Assembly: GCA_052390515.1 (NCBI GenBank)
Contig: JBQTGV010000019.1
Span: 1-48,974 of the forward strand
DNA from: Candidatus Eiseniibacteriota bacterium
GTDB taxonomy: Bacteria; ARS69
Direction: 5' to 3'
Length of the DNA stretch: 48,974 bases
Below the pieces are notes generated by a model, which had not been told where the DNA came from, searched no databases, and saw only the letters and a program-made list of their open reading frames with translations. Shown in pieces: positions 1 through 9,475 of this stretch. Within the stretch, counting starts at the first letter, position 1. Each line of letters begins with the position of its first letter. Position numbers and translations under genes: made by a program.

Positions 1-2
1 AA

Positions 3-33
3 CGGCGGCGCGCCTCAGGGTGGCGCACCGCCG
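3..33 (-). terminator. GC-rich hairpin downstream of PDZ gene, probable intrinsic terminator
   Basis: 12-bp stem 3-14/22-33 with one U.G pair on the minus strand, followed by TT; any further U-tract runs off the window edge. Confidence 0.45.
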
Positions 34-61
34 CTGACCGCGTTCGTGTTCTTCGCCAGCC

Positions 62-544
62 CTAGTTGGTCGGCGTGTTCGAGGCGACCGTCACCTCGGC
101 ATGCTCCAGCATGTGGCTGCCGACCCAGCGCGCCAGGACGTCGGCGGGCATGGGCGCGAGCGTGAGGTTGAGTTCGCGCTCGGAATCTCCGCGCCGCATC
201 GTCCACTTGACCGCGGATCCGGGCTTCAGGGAGGCCTTCGCCTCCTGCAGCTTCTCCTGGTTCGCGTCGCTCAGCTCGATGCCGTTGATGGCCAGCAGGA
301 CGTCGCCGGTCTGGATGCCCGCGGCTTCCGCCGGGCTCTCGGTCACGACCTTCGTGACTTTCATGCCGACGTTGTCGGCGGCGTTGTCGAGCTCGACTCC
401 GACCCAGCCGGAGTTCTGCATCTTCGACGCCATGTAGTCGAGGCACTCCTGCGTGCTGTACGTGCACTTCTCGCCATCGCCGCCGGCGGCTGCCGTGGCC
501 ACGAGGGCGAGGGCCGCGCCGAGCGCCGTGCTTCGCAGCTTCAT
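62..544 (-). CDS. Secreted PDZ-domain protein
   Basis: Signal peptide (MKLRSTALGAALALVATAAAG); PDZ signature GWVGVEL...SPAEAAGIQTGDVLLAING; SD-like GAGGGG upstream. Confidence 0.85.
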   Translation of the reverse strand: MKLRSTALGAALALVATAAAGGDGEKCTYSTQECLDYMASKMQNSGWVGVELDNAADNVGMKVTKVVTESPAEAAGIQTGDVLLAINGIELSDANQEKLQEAKASLKPGSAVKWTMRRGDSERELNLTLAPMPADVLARWVGSHMLEHAEVTVASNTPTN

Positions 545-678
545 CGCTTCCCCCTCTTCGGCCGCCGCGTCATTGCGTCGACCCGTGAGCTATCCTAGTC
601 TCTGGATCGGCATCCGCGCGCCCTGCCCGTCGTAAACAAGTGTCTCGTGCGTCAACGGCGGGTTTACAATCGAACCCG

Positions 679-2403
679 ATGCGAGCCCTGCCTTTCCCCC
701 GCCGCCGGCGCACGCTCGTCCTCGGCCTCGTCGCCGTGCTCGTGCCGCTCACCGCGCTGCTCGGTTTCCAGTACGTGTGGCTGAGCCGGCTGGCGAAGAC
801 GACGGCCATCGCCCACCACGCGTCCCTGAACCGCTTCGTCGAGGCGGTCGGCGAACAGGTTCGCTACTTCTACCGATCCACGGCGGAGCGGACGCTGAAC
901 TTCCCGGTCTCTGTGCTCGTGGGGGATGATCTCCCCGGCGAGGGGGCGCGGTACTGGGCTTCGCGGCGGGCGGAGGGAGTGCGCCGCCTCTTCCTGGTGG
1001 ACTTCTCCCGCGAGACGTACGGCAGCTTCTACGTCTACGAGCCGGACGCGCCCGAGCTGCTCACCGCCATGGCTTCGGAGGAGAGCCTGGCGATGATCGC
1101 GGCGGCGAACGCCTGGCAGGTGCTCTCGTACTGGGGCGGGCGGGCCGAGGCGGTGGAGCCGGTCGTCGACGAGCGTGATCCGAACCACCGCATGGTGCTC
1201 CGCCCGATCACCGATGCCGAGGCCCACGTGATGGGCGTCGCCGGGATGATCCTCGACGAGCGCTGGTTCCGCGAGACGCTGCTCCCGCGCGTGATCGAAG
1301 AGCAGCTCCGGCACTTCTTCTCGGCAGAGGCACGGGGCAGCTTCTCGGTGCGGGTCCGCGACGGGGACGGGGCCGTCGTCGTCTCGGTGGGAACGGTCAC
1401 GCGGGAGAAGGCCGCGGGGGAGCTGGTCGGCGGCGCGCGGGAGGGCGGCGATGAAAGCAATGGCGATGCGGCAAACGGCGATGGGGACGATGGTGCCGAC
1501 GACACGGCCACGGAGGCTCTCCCGTTCGTGTTCGCCGACTGGACCATCGGGCTGACCGCGCACGGACGGACTCCCGAAGAGCTCGCGCGGCAGAGCTTCT
1601 GGGTGCACATGACGCTCGCAGGACTGCTCGTGCTGGCGGTGGCGGCGGGGCTCGTGGCTGCGCTCTTCGCCGCGAACCGCGCCGTGCGGCTCTCCGAGAT
1701 GAAGTCGGACTTCGTGTCCAACGTGTCGCACGAGCTGCGCACGCCGCTCTCGTCCATCCGCGTCTTCGGCGAGTTCCTGAAGGCCGGCCGGGCGGACGAC
1801 CCGGAGACGGCGCGCAGGTACGGCCGGCACATCGAGGCGGAGAGCCGGCGGCTCTCCCGGCTCATCGACAACATCCTGGAGTTCTCGCGGATCGAGTCGG
1901 GGAGCCGGGAGTACCGCTTCGCCCCGGCGAGCCTCGAGGAGATCGTGGAGGCGGCGGTCGAGGCGTTCCGCGTGAGGTCCCGGGAGGCGGGCTTCACCAT
2001 CGAGTACGACGCGCCGGAGGAGGCGATGCCGGCGGTGCGCATGGACGCCGACGCGATCGGACAGGTGATGTACAACCTGCTGGACAACGCGGTGAAGTAC
2101 TCGGGGGAGTCGCGGTGGATCTGTGTGAGGGTGGCCGCCGAGAACGGTGCGGTCACGTGCTCGGTGCGCGACAAGGGGATCGGCATCCCGCGTACCGAGC
2201 AGAGCAAGGTGTTCGAGCGCTTCCACCGCGCGGGGACGAGCCTCGTGCACGACGTGAAGGGCAGCGGGCTCGGGCTCTCCATCGTGGAGCACGTGGTGCG
2301 CGCGCACGGCGGGAGCGTGAGCCTCGAGAGCGAGCCGGGGGTGGGGACGGTCGTAAGGGTGACGCTGCCGGGGAACGGCGGAAGAGGACCTGAGGCGGAA
2401 TGA
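679..2403 (+). CDS. Membrane sensor histidine kinase (HisKA + HATPase_c)
   Basis: Two TM segments; H-box [14 protein letters not shown]-box [11 protein letters not shown] boxes DKGIGI and GSGLGL; start moved to ATG 679. Confidence 0.95.
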   Translation: MRALPFPRRRRTLVLGLVAVLVPLTALLGFQYVWLSRLAKTTAIAHHASLNRFVEAVGEQVRYFYRSTAERTLNFPVSVLVGDDLPGEGARYWASRRAEGVRRLFLVDFSRETYGSFYVYEPDAPELLTAMASEESLAMIAAANAWQVLSYWGGRAEAVEPVVDERDPNHRMVLRPITDAEAHVMGVAGMILDERWFRETLLPRVIEEQLRHFFSAEARGSFSVRVRDGDGAVVVSVGTVTREKAAGELVGGAREGGDESNGDAANGDGDDGADDTATEALPFVFADWTIGLTAHGRTPEELARQSFWVHMTLAGLLVLAVAAGLVAALFAANRAVRLSEMKSDFVSNVSHELRTPLSSIRVFGEFLKAGRADDPETARRYGRHIEAESRRLSRLIDNILEFSRIESGSREYRFAPASLEEIVEAAVEAFRVRSREAGFTIEYDAPEEAMPAVRMDADAIGQVMYNLLDNAVKYSGESRWICVRVAAENGAVTCSVRDKGIGIPRTEQSKVFERFHRAGTSLVHDVKGSGLGLSIVEHVVRAHGGSVSLESEPGVGTVVRVTLPGNGGRGPEAE

Positions 2404-2463
2404 AGGCGAAGGCGGCATGAGGGTGGAGGCGGCATGAGGGTGGAGGCGGCATGAAGGCGAAGG
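2400..2463 (+). repeat. 17-bp tandem repeat (3 full units + partial 4th) between kinase and regulator
   Basis: ATGAAGGCGAAGGCGGC (2400), ATGAGGGTGGAGGCGGC (2417, 2434), ATGAAGGCGAAGG (2451). Confidence 0.95.
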
Positions 2464-3134
2464 TGCTGATCGTCGAGGACGACGACTCGATGGCCGTCGC
2501 GCTGAAGGACGGCTTCACGTACGAGGGATACGAGGTGCGCGTCGAGCGCGACGGGGAGGAGGGGCTGCGCGCGGCGAGGGAGATGCACCCGGATCTGCTC
2601 GTGCTCGACGTCATGCTGCCGAAGCTGAGCGGACATGATCTCTGCAAGGAGCTGCGCCGCGGCGGGAGCGCCATTCCCATCCTCATGCTGACGGCGCGCG
2701 GGCAGGAGATCGACAAGGTGCTGGGCTTGAAGCTCGGCGCGGACGACTACGTGACGAAGCCTTTCAGCTTCCTGGAGCTGATGGCGCGGGCCGAGGCGCT
2801 CTTGCGGCGGGCGGCGGGGCACACCTCGGGACCGGAGGAGGTGCGCTTCGGCGCGGTGATCGTGCATCTCTCGCGGGGGGTGGCGCTCCGGGACGGGGAG
2901 GAGCTGGGTCTGTCGGGGCGTGAGTTCGCTCTTCTGAAGTACTTCGTCGATCACAAGGGCAAGGTGGTCAGTCGCGACGAGCTGCTGGACGCGGTGTGGG
3001 GCTACGAGACCGCGCCGATCACGCGCACCGTGGACATGCACGTGGCCAAGCTGCGCAAGAAGGTGGAGGAGAACCCGGCGGAGCCGCGGCACATCGTGAC
3101 GGTGCACGGCATCGGGTACAAGTTCGTGGGGTGA
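2451..3134 (+). CDS. OmpR/PhoB-family response regulator
   Basis: [20 protein letters not shown] receiver motifs; w[16 protein letters not shown]...TVHGIGYKF. Confidence 0.97.
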   Translation: MKAKVLIVEDDDSMAVALKDGFTYEGYEVRVERDGEEGLRAAREMHPDLLVLDVMLPKLSGHDLCKELRRGGSAIPILMLTARGQEIDKVLGLKLGADDYVTKPFSFLELMARAEALLRRAAGHTSGPEEVRFGAVIVHLSRGVALRDGEELGLSGREFALLKYFVDHKGKVVSRDELLDAVWGYETAPITRTVDMHVAKLRKKVEENPAEPRHIVTVHGIGYKFVG

Positions 3135-3139
3135 GGGGG

Positions 3140-3426
3140 CGCGAGGGTGGCCGCGACCGGCCATCCGTGTCCGGGTTCGACCCCGCGCAGCATCCCGATC
3201 GCGACTGCGGTGATGTAGACTGCCCGCGAACACCGGGCACGACGTCGGTCAGGCCGTGACCGTGCGCGCCGTCGGATGTATGCGCGTGGCTCAGGGACAG
3301 GGGGACCGGGCCTCCGTAGTGATCTCCCGCATGATGATGCGGGTGATGATGCGTGGTGAGGTGCAGCGCCGCGGCGATCGGCTCCGTTGCCGAAGCGAAC
3401 CAGGCCAGCGCCGCGACCGCGGCCAC
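3140..3426 (-). other. His-rich small ORF or gene remnant
   Basis: Hydrophobic segment then LHLTTHHHPHHHAGDH...HAHTSDGAHGHG; the frame runs on antisense into the regulator to 3019, so boundaries are uncertain. Confidence 0.35.
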
Positions 3427-3444
3427 TCCGCGGATGCTCCGGGT

Positions 3445-3807
3445 TCAGCTGCCGAGCCCCGGCACGCTGGAGCGGAAGGCGAAGAACACGGCGCCCAGGA
3501 TGCAGAGCGAAGCCCACAGGAAGTCCAGGTTGATCGGCGCCTTCATGAACAGGATCGAGAACGGGATGAACACGAGAATGGAGATGCACTCTTGCAGGAT
3601 CTTGAGCTGTGGGAGCGTCAGCGCGGTGTAGCCGATCCGGTTCGCGGGAACTTGCAGCTGGTATTCGAAGAAGGCCACTCCCCAGGCGAACAGCGCGACG
3701 AGCGACCATGGCTTGTGGGTCAGATCGCGGAGATGGCCGTACCAGGCGTAGGTCATGAACAGGTTCGAGGCGACGAGCAGCAGGGCGGCTTGGAAGGCTG
3801 CGGGCAT
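3445..3807 (-). CDS. DMT-superfamily small membrane protein (DUF486-like)
   Basis: SNLFMTYAWYGHL, WGVAFFEY.LQVPANRIG and QLKILQE motifs; 120 aa from ATG 3807. Confidence 0.9.
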   Translation of the reverse strand: MPAAFQAALLLVASNLFMTYAWYGHLRDLTHKPWSLVALFAWGVAFFEYQLQVPANRIGYTALTLPQLKILQECISILVFIPFSILFMKAPINLDFLWASLCILGAVFFAFRSSVPGLGS

Positions 3808-3902
3808 GGCGGCTCCGGGCTGGGGGGACGAGGGGGCAATATCACGAGATGTCGGGTGAAGGCTCCAGGCGGAGGCCGCGGGTCCCTCAGCCCCGCTCCC
3901 CT

Positions 3903-4013
3903 GGACTCCGACCCTTCGTTCAGGATAGCCACGTAGCGCTCGTACGCGAAGACTCGATTCCGCCGCCGGCCGGTCAGCTCCCGTGCAATCCCCAGCTCGA
4001 TCAGCAGGTCCAT
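3903..4013 (-). pseudogene. C-terminal remnant of a Fic-family protein
   Basis: MDLLIELGIARELTGRRRNRVFAYERYVAILNEGSE resembles the wHTH tail of Fic proteins; no HPFxxGNGR catalytic motif upstream. Confidence 0.65.
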
Positions 4014-4040
4014 GCTTGCCGAGGCCGACGGCCGTTGAGC

Positions 4041-4093
4041 AAGTCTGAATAGTCGAGAGCGTTATTGAGCGCTCGTGGTCGAAGTCTGAATAG
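4041..4093. repeat. 12-bp AT-rich direct repeat AAGTCTGAATAG x2
   Basis: Copies at 4041-4052 and 4082-4093, just upstream of the Fic remnant. Confidence 0.85.
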
Positions 4094-4158
4094 CGAGCCA
4101 GAAGGGGCGCAAGGGGCGATTTCCGTGCCTCTGCTCTCGCGGTCAAACCGGCGGTTCC

Positions 4159-4671
4159 CTACCGCGCCACCTTCGCCACCGTCTCGAGCGTCCGCGTCGT
4201 CACCTCCTCGCCCAGAGTCCTCTCGATGAGCTTCATGAACACCGGCCCGCGCGGCGTCGGCAGGTAGACGCTGAACGCCTCGCGGCCGGCGACGCGGAGG
4301 ATGCGCGCGCCGTCCTCCTCGACCGGCAGCTTCAACCCGCGTTTCGGCTTGCCGCGGAGGAACGTCACGATGCGCTTCGAGCCCGGCTTCAGCCGGAAGG
4401 ACTTGTAGGGATCGGAGGCGATGATGGCGCGAAGCGCGTCGACCGGCCGCACGATCGTGAAGAACGTGCGCCCGAGGTGCTGCTGCATCGCGGCCTCACA
4501 CTTGCGCTCGAGAGCCGCCTCCGACGCCGCGGGTGCGCTGAACACGACGTTGCCGCTGCCGAGCACCGTCTTGACGTCCTCGAAGCCAGCCAGCTCGAAC
4601 GCGCGCCGGAGGTCCGCCATCTTCGCGTTGGTGGGCATCACGCCGCGGAGAAAGGCCGCGTATCGCTTCAT
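4159..4671 (-). CDS. DUF1697-family protein
   Basis: MKRYAAFLRGV...KMADLRRAFELAGFEDVKTVLGSGNVVF; start at ATG 4671. Confidence 0.9.
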   Translation of the reverse strand: MKRYAAFLRGVMPTNAKMADLRRAFELAGFEDVKTVLGSGNVVFSAPAASEAALERKCEAAMQQHLGRTFFTIVRPVDALRAIIASDPYKSFRLKPGSKRIVTFLRGKPKRGLKLPVEEDGARILRVAGREAFSVYLPTPRGPVFMKLIERTLGEEVTTRTLETVAKVAR

Positions 4672-4769
4672 GGGCGGAGGATAGCACTCGCACCGGCCGG
4701 CGGGCCCGCTCTCGCACGGCGTGGTAGGATCCGCGTCCGAGCCGAACCCCTGACCGGAGGTGTGACGCC

Positions 4770-6371
4770 GTGGCCGGCCTTCGGATCGCCCCTGGTCTCG
4801 CCTTCGCCGCCGCCGCCGCACTCGCGACCATCGCCGCCGTCCTCTTCGCCCCCGCGCCGGCATTCGCCGCCACCGCGCGCGGCGTCGTCTTCCACGACCG
4901 GGACGGCGATGGCCTTCGCGGATCCGCCGAGCCCGGCCTCCCGGACATCGGTGTGTCCAACGGCCGCGAGATCGTGCGCACCGACGCAGCCGGCCGGTAC
5001 CGGATCGAAGTGGACGACGACGCCATCGTCTTCGTCCTCAAGCCGCGCGGCTGGCGGACGCTGGTCGACGAGACGCAGATCCCTCGCTTCTACTACGTGC
5101 ACAAGCCGGCCGGCTCGCCCACGCTCGAGTATCCGGGCGTGGAGGCCACCGGTCCGCTCCCGACGTCCATCGACTTCGCCTTGATGCCGCAGGACGAGCC
5201 GGAGCGCTTCGAGATCATCCTCTTCGGGGACACGCAGCCGCGGGATCAGAAGGAGATCGACTACCTCGCGCACGACATCGTGGAGCCGCTGATCGGCGCG
5301 GACGCGGCGTTCGGCGTGACGCTCGGGGACATCCTGTTCGACGACCTCTCGCTCTTCGGATCCCTCAATCGCACCGTCGCGCTGATCGGCATTCCCTGGT
5401 ACAACGTGCTCGGCAACCACGACATGAACTTCGACGCGCCGACCGACGCGCTCTCCGACGAGACGTTCGAGGCGGTGTACGGCCCCTCGTACTACTCGTT
5501 CGACCACGGCCCGGTGCATTTCATCGTCCTCGACGACGTCCATTGGAAGGGGAAGGTGGAGGATCCCGAGGAGTACGCCGGCGGCAACTACACGGGCGGC
5601 CTCGGCGAAGATCAGCTCGCGTTCGTCGCGCGGGACCTGGCGCTGATCCCGGCGAACCAGCTCGTGGTGCTGTTCATGCACATCCCGCTCGTCGCGGAGT
5701 GGGTCGAGCCGGAGCGCGAGCGTCTCTACCGCATGCTCGAGAAGCGGCCGTTCGTGATGTCCGTCTCGGCGCACTACCACTATCAGGAGCACCTCTGGCT
5801 CACGACGGAGGACGGCTGGCAGGGAGCGGACCCGCACCACCATGTGATCGCGGTCACGACGTGCGGGAGCTGGTGGCAGGGTTTGCCGGATGAGACCGGG
5901 ATTCCGGTGGCGACGATGCGGGATGGCGCGCCGAACGGCTGGCTGACCGTGACGTTCGACGGGCACGACTACGCCATGGACTTCCACGCCGCGCGAGGCG
6001 TGCCGGACCAGATGCACGTGTGGGCACCGGAAGTCGTGCCGCGGCGGCAGACGCACCTCACCGAGTTCCTCGTGAACGTGTACAACGGGTCGGAGCGGAC
6101 GCGCGTGGAGTTCCGACTGGACGGCGCCGGAGAGTGGGAGGCGATGGAGCAGACGGCGCGGCCCGATCCGTTCTACGAGGCGGCTAAGAAGCGCGAGGCG
6201 GACGACCTGCCGCGTCTGTCGAAGCTGCCGGAAGTCGTGCCTTCGCCGCATCTCTGGCGGGGGATGTTGCCGCGCGGGCTCGAACTCGGGACGCACCTCA
6301 TCGAGGTTCGCGCCACCGATCCGTGGGGGCGGACGTTCGAGTCGTCACGCGCGTTCCGGGTCGACGAGTAG
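4770..6371 (+). CDS. Secreted calcineurin-like metallophosphoesterase with N- and C-terminal accessory domains
   Basis: Signal peptide; GVVFHDRDGDG N-terminal module; GDTQ, GD, GNHD, HIP and AHYH metal-ligand motifs; DGAPNGW; GGAGG SD. Confidence 0.92.
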   Translation: MAGLRIAPGLAFAAAAALATIAAVLFAPAPAFAATARGVVFHDRDGDGLRGSAEPGLPDIGVSNGREIVRTDAAGRYRIEVDDDAIVFVLKPRGWRTLVDETQIPRFYYVHKPAGSPTLEYPGVEATGPLPTSIDFALMPQDEPERFEIILFGDTQPRDQKEIDYLAHDIVEPLIGADAAFGVTLGDILFDDLSLFGSLNRTVALIGIPWYNVLGNHDMNFDAPTDALSDETFEAVYGPSYYSFDHGPVHFIVLDDVHWKGKVEDPEEYAGGNYTGGLGEDQLAFVARDLALIPANQLVVLFMHIPLVAEWVEPERERLYRMLEKRPFVMSVSAHYHYQEHLWLTTEDGWQGADPHHHVIAVTTCGSWWQGLPDETGIPVATMRDGAPNGWLTVTFDGHDYAMDFHAARGVPDQMHVWAPEVVPRRQTHLTEFLVNVYNGSERTRVEFRLDGAGEWEAMEQTARPDPFYEAAKKREADDLPRLSKLPEVVPSPHLWRGMLPRGLELGTHLIEVRATDPWGRTFESSRAFRVDE

Positions 6372-6406
6372 AAGACTCGCGCGGCGCCGGAGGCGGACCG
6401 CGTAGG

Positions 6407-6526
6407 CTCCGGCACGGGCTCCAGGAGCTGCACGACCGGAGACTCGTGCTGCCGCAGCGTCAGGAGCACCGGCCCGACCCGACCCTGCTGGAGATCCGCT
6501 TCGAGGCATTCCGCAAGACGGGGTGA
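6407..6526 (+). pseudogene. C-terminal remnant of an HNH putative restriction endonuclease
   Basis: LRHGLQELHDRRLVLPQRQEHRPDPTLLEIRFEAFRKTG* resembles the tail of COG3440-type HNH proteins; no start or HNH core. Confidence 0.6.
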
Positions 6527-6585
6527 GGAGCCCCCAAGCCGGGCCCATCCTCGCCGCACGAACCGCCGGGTATCTTCGTATCGCC

Positions 6586-8220
6586 ATGACCACCGCCGCG
6601 CCCGCCCGGACCATCACCTTCCCCACCCCCGAGGCCGTCCCCAACGGCGTCCGCGTCGACACCGCCGCCTTCGACCTCCGCACCCTCATCGACGGCGAGG
6701 TCCGCACATGGCCCGGCCGGTCGGCCGCCGTCACCTCGCCCGTCTGTCTCCGCCGCCCCGACGGCCGCCTCGAGCGCGCGGTCGTCGGCCGCACGCCGCT
6801 CCTCGACAAGGGCGAAGCGCTGCGTGCCCTCGCCGCCGCCCGCCGCGCCTGGGACCACGGCCGCGGCAAATGGCCGACCATGCGCGTCGTCGACCGCATC
6901 GCCGCCATGGAGCGCCTCGCCGACCGCATGGTCCGCGCCCGCGAGGACGTCGTGCGGCTCCTCATGTGGGAGATCGGCAAGACACGCCGCGACTCGGAAG
7001 CCGAGTTCGACCGCACCGTCCTCTACATCTGGGACACCGTCGACGAGCTCAAAAGCCTGGACCGCGCGTCGGCGCGCTTCGCCGTCGAAGAGGGGACCAT
7101 CGGCCAGATCCGCCGCTCCCCGCTCGGCGTCGTCCTCTGCATGGGCCCCTTCAACTACCCGCTGAACGAGACGTACACGACGCTCGTGCCCGCGCTGATC
7201 ATGGGCAACACCGTCGTCGCCAAGCTGCCCAAGCACGGCGCGCTGTTGCACGCGCCGCTGCTCGACATCTTCGCCGAGGTTTTCCCCCCGGGCGTCGTCA
7301 ACGTCATCCAGGGCGAAGGTCCCGAGGTCGTCGGGCCGATCATGGAGTCCGGCGACGTCGACGTGCTCGGCTTCATCGGCACGAGCCGCGTCGTCAACAT
7401 CCTCAAGAGGCAGCACCCCCACCCGAACCGGCTGCGCTGCATCACCGGCCTCGAGGCGAAGAACCCCGCCGTCGTCCTGCCCGACGCGGACCTCGACGTG
7501 GCCGTCCGCGAGTGTGTCTCCGGCGCGCTCTCCTTCAACGGACAACGCTGCACCGCCATCAAGCTGATCTTCGTGCACGAGAAGGTGGCCGACCGTTTCG
7601 TGCCGGCGCTGGCCGCCGCCGTCGACGCGCTTCGCTCGGGGATGCCGTGGGAGGACGGCGTCACGCTCACGCCGCTGCCGGAGGAGGGGAAGCCGGCCGC
7701 GCTGCTTCGCCTCGTGGACGACGCCGTTTCCCGTGGCGCGCGCGTCGTCAACCTCGGCGGCCGGATCGAGAGCGAAGGCACCTGGCTGCACCCCGTCGTC
7801 CTCTTCCCCGTCCGGCCTCCCATGGAGATCGCAGCGGTGGAGCAGTTCGGTCCCGTCGTCCCCATCTGCGTCTACGAAGACGACGCCGAGATCGACGCCT
7901 TCATGCGCGAGAGCCCCTACGGCCAGCAGATCAGCCTGTTCGGCCGGGACCCGGTGCGGATGGGCCGGCTCATCGACGCCATGGTCAACCAAGTCTCGCG
8001 CATCAACCTGAACACGCAGTGCCGGCGCGGTCCGGACACCTTCCCGTTCACGGGGCGAAAGGATTCGGCCGAGGGGACGCTCTCCGTGCGCGACGCGCTT
8101 CGCGCCTTCTCCATCCGCGCGCTCGTCGCCACGTCGGCCACGGAGGAGAACCGCGAGCTGGTCACCGACATCGTCACCGGGCGTCGCTCACGGTTCCTGT
8201 CGACCGACTTCCTGTTCTGA
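6586..8220 (+). CDS. gapN: NADP-dependent non-phosphorylating glyceraldehyde-3-phosphate dehydrogenase (ALDH family)
   Basis: GPFNYPLNE, GLEAKNP, SFNGQRCTA (catalytic Cys), EQFGP, FPFTGRKDSAEGTLSV. Confidence 0.85.
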   Translation: MTTAAPARTITFPTPEAVPNGVRVDTAAFDLRTLIDGEVRTWPGRSAAVTSPVCLRRPDGRLERAVVGRTPLLDKGEALRALAAARRAWDHGRGKWPTMRVVDRIAAMERLADRMVRAREDVVRLLMWEIGKTRRDSEAEFDRTVLYIWDTVDELKSLDRASARFAVEEGTIGQIRRSPLGVVLCMGPFNYPLNETYTTLVPALIMGNTVVAKLPKHGALLHAPLLDIFAEVFPPGVVNVIQGEGPEVVGPIMESGDVDVLGFIGTSRVVNILKRQHPHPNRLRCITGLEAKNPAVVLPDADLDVAVRECVSGALSFNGQRCTAIKLIFVHEKVADRFVPALAAAVDALRSGMPWEDGVTLTPLPEEGKPAALLRLVDDAVSRGARVVNLGGRIESEGTWLHPVVLFPVRPPMEIAAVEQFGPVVPICVYEDDAEIDAFMRESPYGQQISLFGRDPVRMGRLIDAMVNQVSRINLNTQCRRGPDTFPFTGRKDSAEGTLSVRDALRAFSIRALVATSATEENRELVTDIVTGRRSRFLSTDFLF

Positions 8221-8244
8221 GCGGCGGCCGGTTATCATCGAAGC

Positions 8245-9315
8245 ATGGTCGCTCGTGGCGCAGCGCCGGCACTCTCGACGTTCGTCCTCGCCTTCGGGCT
8301 GGCGCTGACCCTCCAGGGTTGCGGCGAGGGCGGCTTCGGGCCGGCCCGCTACCCGGCGCCGGACCCGGCCGCCGTCGACACGCAGGGGCTGCTTCCCCTG
8401 CCGGACGCGCCCGGGAATCCGCTGACCGTGCAGGGGATCGAGCTGGGCCGGCGGCTGTTCCACGACCCCATCCTGTCCGCGGATTCCACGCAGTCCTGCG
8501 CGACCTGCCACGTGCAGGCCTTCGCCTTCACGGACAACGGCACCCGCTTCAGCACCGGCATCGACGGAAGCGTCGGCACGCGCAACGCACCGCCGCTCGT
8601 GAATCTGGCGTGGCATCCCGACTTCTTCTGGGAGGGACGCGCGCCGACGCTGGAGGACCAGGCGCGCGCGCCGGTGCCGAATCCGATCGAGATGAAGCTC
8701 CCGTGGGAGGAGGCGTTGGCGAGGCTCCGCGCGCACCGCGAGTATCCGGAGCTCTTCGGCCGGGCTTTCCGCACCGAGGAGGTCAGCCAGGACCGAGTGG
8801 TCAAGGCCATCGCGCAGTTCGAGCGGACGCTGGTCTCCAACCGTTCGACCTGGGACCGCCATCAGCGCGACGAGATCGCGCTGACGCCGGCACAGGAACG
8901 CGGCGAGAGAGTATTCTTCTCCGAGCGCGGCGACTGCTTCCGATGTCACGGCTCCGCGTTCTTCACGGATCACGACTACCACGACAACGGCCTCGACGCG
9001 GCACCGACCGACCCCGGTCGCTTCGACGTCACCGGACTCGAGACCGACCGCGGGAAGTTCCGCTCGCCCACGCTCCGCAACGTGGAGCTGACCGCGCCGT
9101 ACATGCACGACGGGCGCTTCGCGACGCTGGAAGAAGTCGTGGCGCACTACTCGTCGGGAGTCCAGGACTCGCCGAACCTGGATCCGCTGCTCCGCGTGCG
9201 GCTTCCGGGTGGGCTCGGAATGACGCCGGCCGAGCAGGCCGACCTCGTCGAGTTCCTGAAGGCGCTGACGGATCCCGAGTTCGTGACCGATCCGGCGTTC
9301 GGGCCGGGCAGCTAG
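8245..9315 (+). CDS. Di-haem cytochrome c peroxidase/MauG/MbnH-family lipoprotein
   Basis: Lipobox LQGC; two CxxCH (CATCH, CFRCH); RNAPPL, FWEGRA, TAPYMHDG. Confidence 0.92.
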   Translation: MVARGAAPALSTFVLAFGLALTLQGCGEGGFGPARYPAPDPAAVDTQGLLPLPDAPGNPLTVQGIELGRRLFHDPILSADSTQSCATCHVQAFAFTDNGTRFSTGIDGSVGTRNAPPLVNLAWHPDFFWEGRAPTLEDQARAPVPNPIEMKLPWEEALARLRAHREYPELFGRAFRTEEVSQDRVVKAIAQFERTLVSNRSTWDRHQRDEIALTPAQERGERVFFSERGDCFRCHGSAFFTDHDYHDNGLDAAPTDPGRFDVTGLETDRGKFRSPTLRNVELTAPYMHDGRFATLEEVVAHYSSGVQDSPNLDPLLRVRLPGGLGMTPAEQADLVEFLKALTDPEFVTDPAFGPGS

Positions 9316-9475
9316 GGTTCCGTCTCGACAGAAACGTTCAGATGGCCGAGCGTCGTAGCCGACGTGTCCGGAGCCAAGGAGGGCGAAGGCCGGCGGCCAC
9401 GAAGCGAGCGAGGCACGGATGCCGAGCGAGCGTTAGCGAGGGCATCTGAACGTTTCTTTCGAGACGGAACCCTAG
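9312..9475. mobile_element. MITE-like element with 34-bp inverted arms and CTAG at both ends
   Basis: 9311-9344 versus reverse complement of 9443-9476 differ at one base; no coding capacity. Confidence 0.8.

Noticed and set aside
2400-2463. Short repeats as a CRISPR array
   Set aside because: Head-to-tail 17-mers with no spacers and no cas genes
9311-9360. CTAGGGTTCCG resembles the 5' end of the ykkC/guanidine-I riboswitch
   Set aside because: Lies between convergent gene ends, lacks the 3' P3 consensus, and is explained by the inverted arm of the MITE-like element
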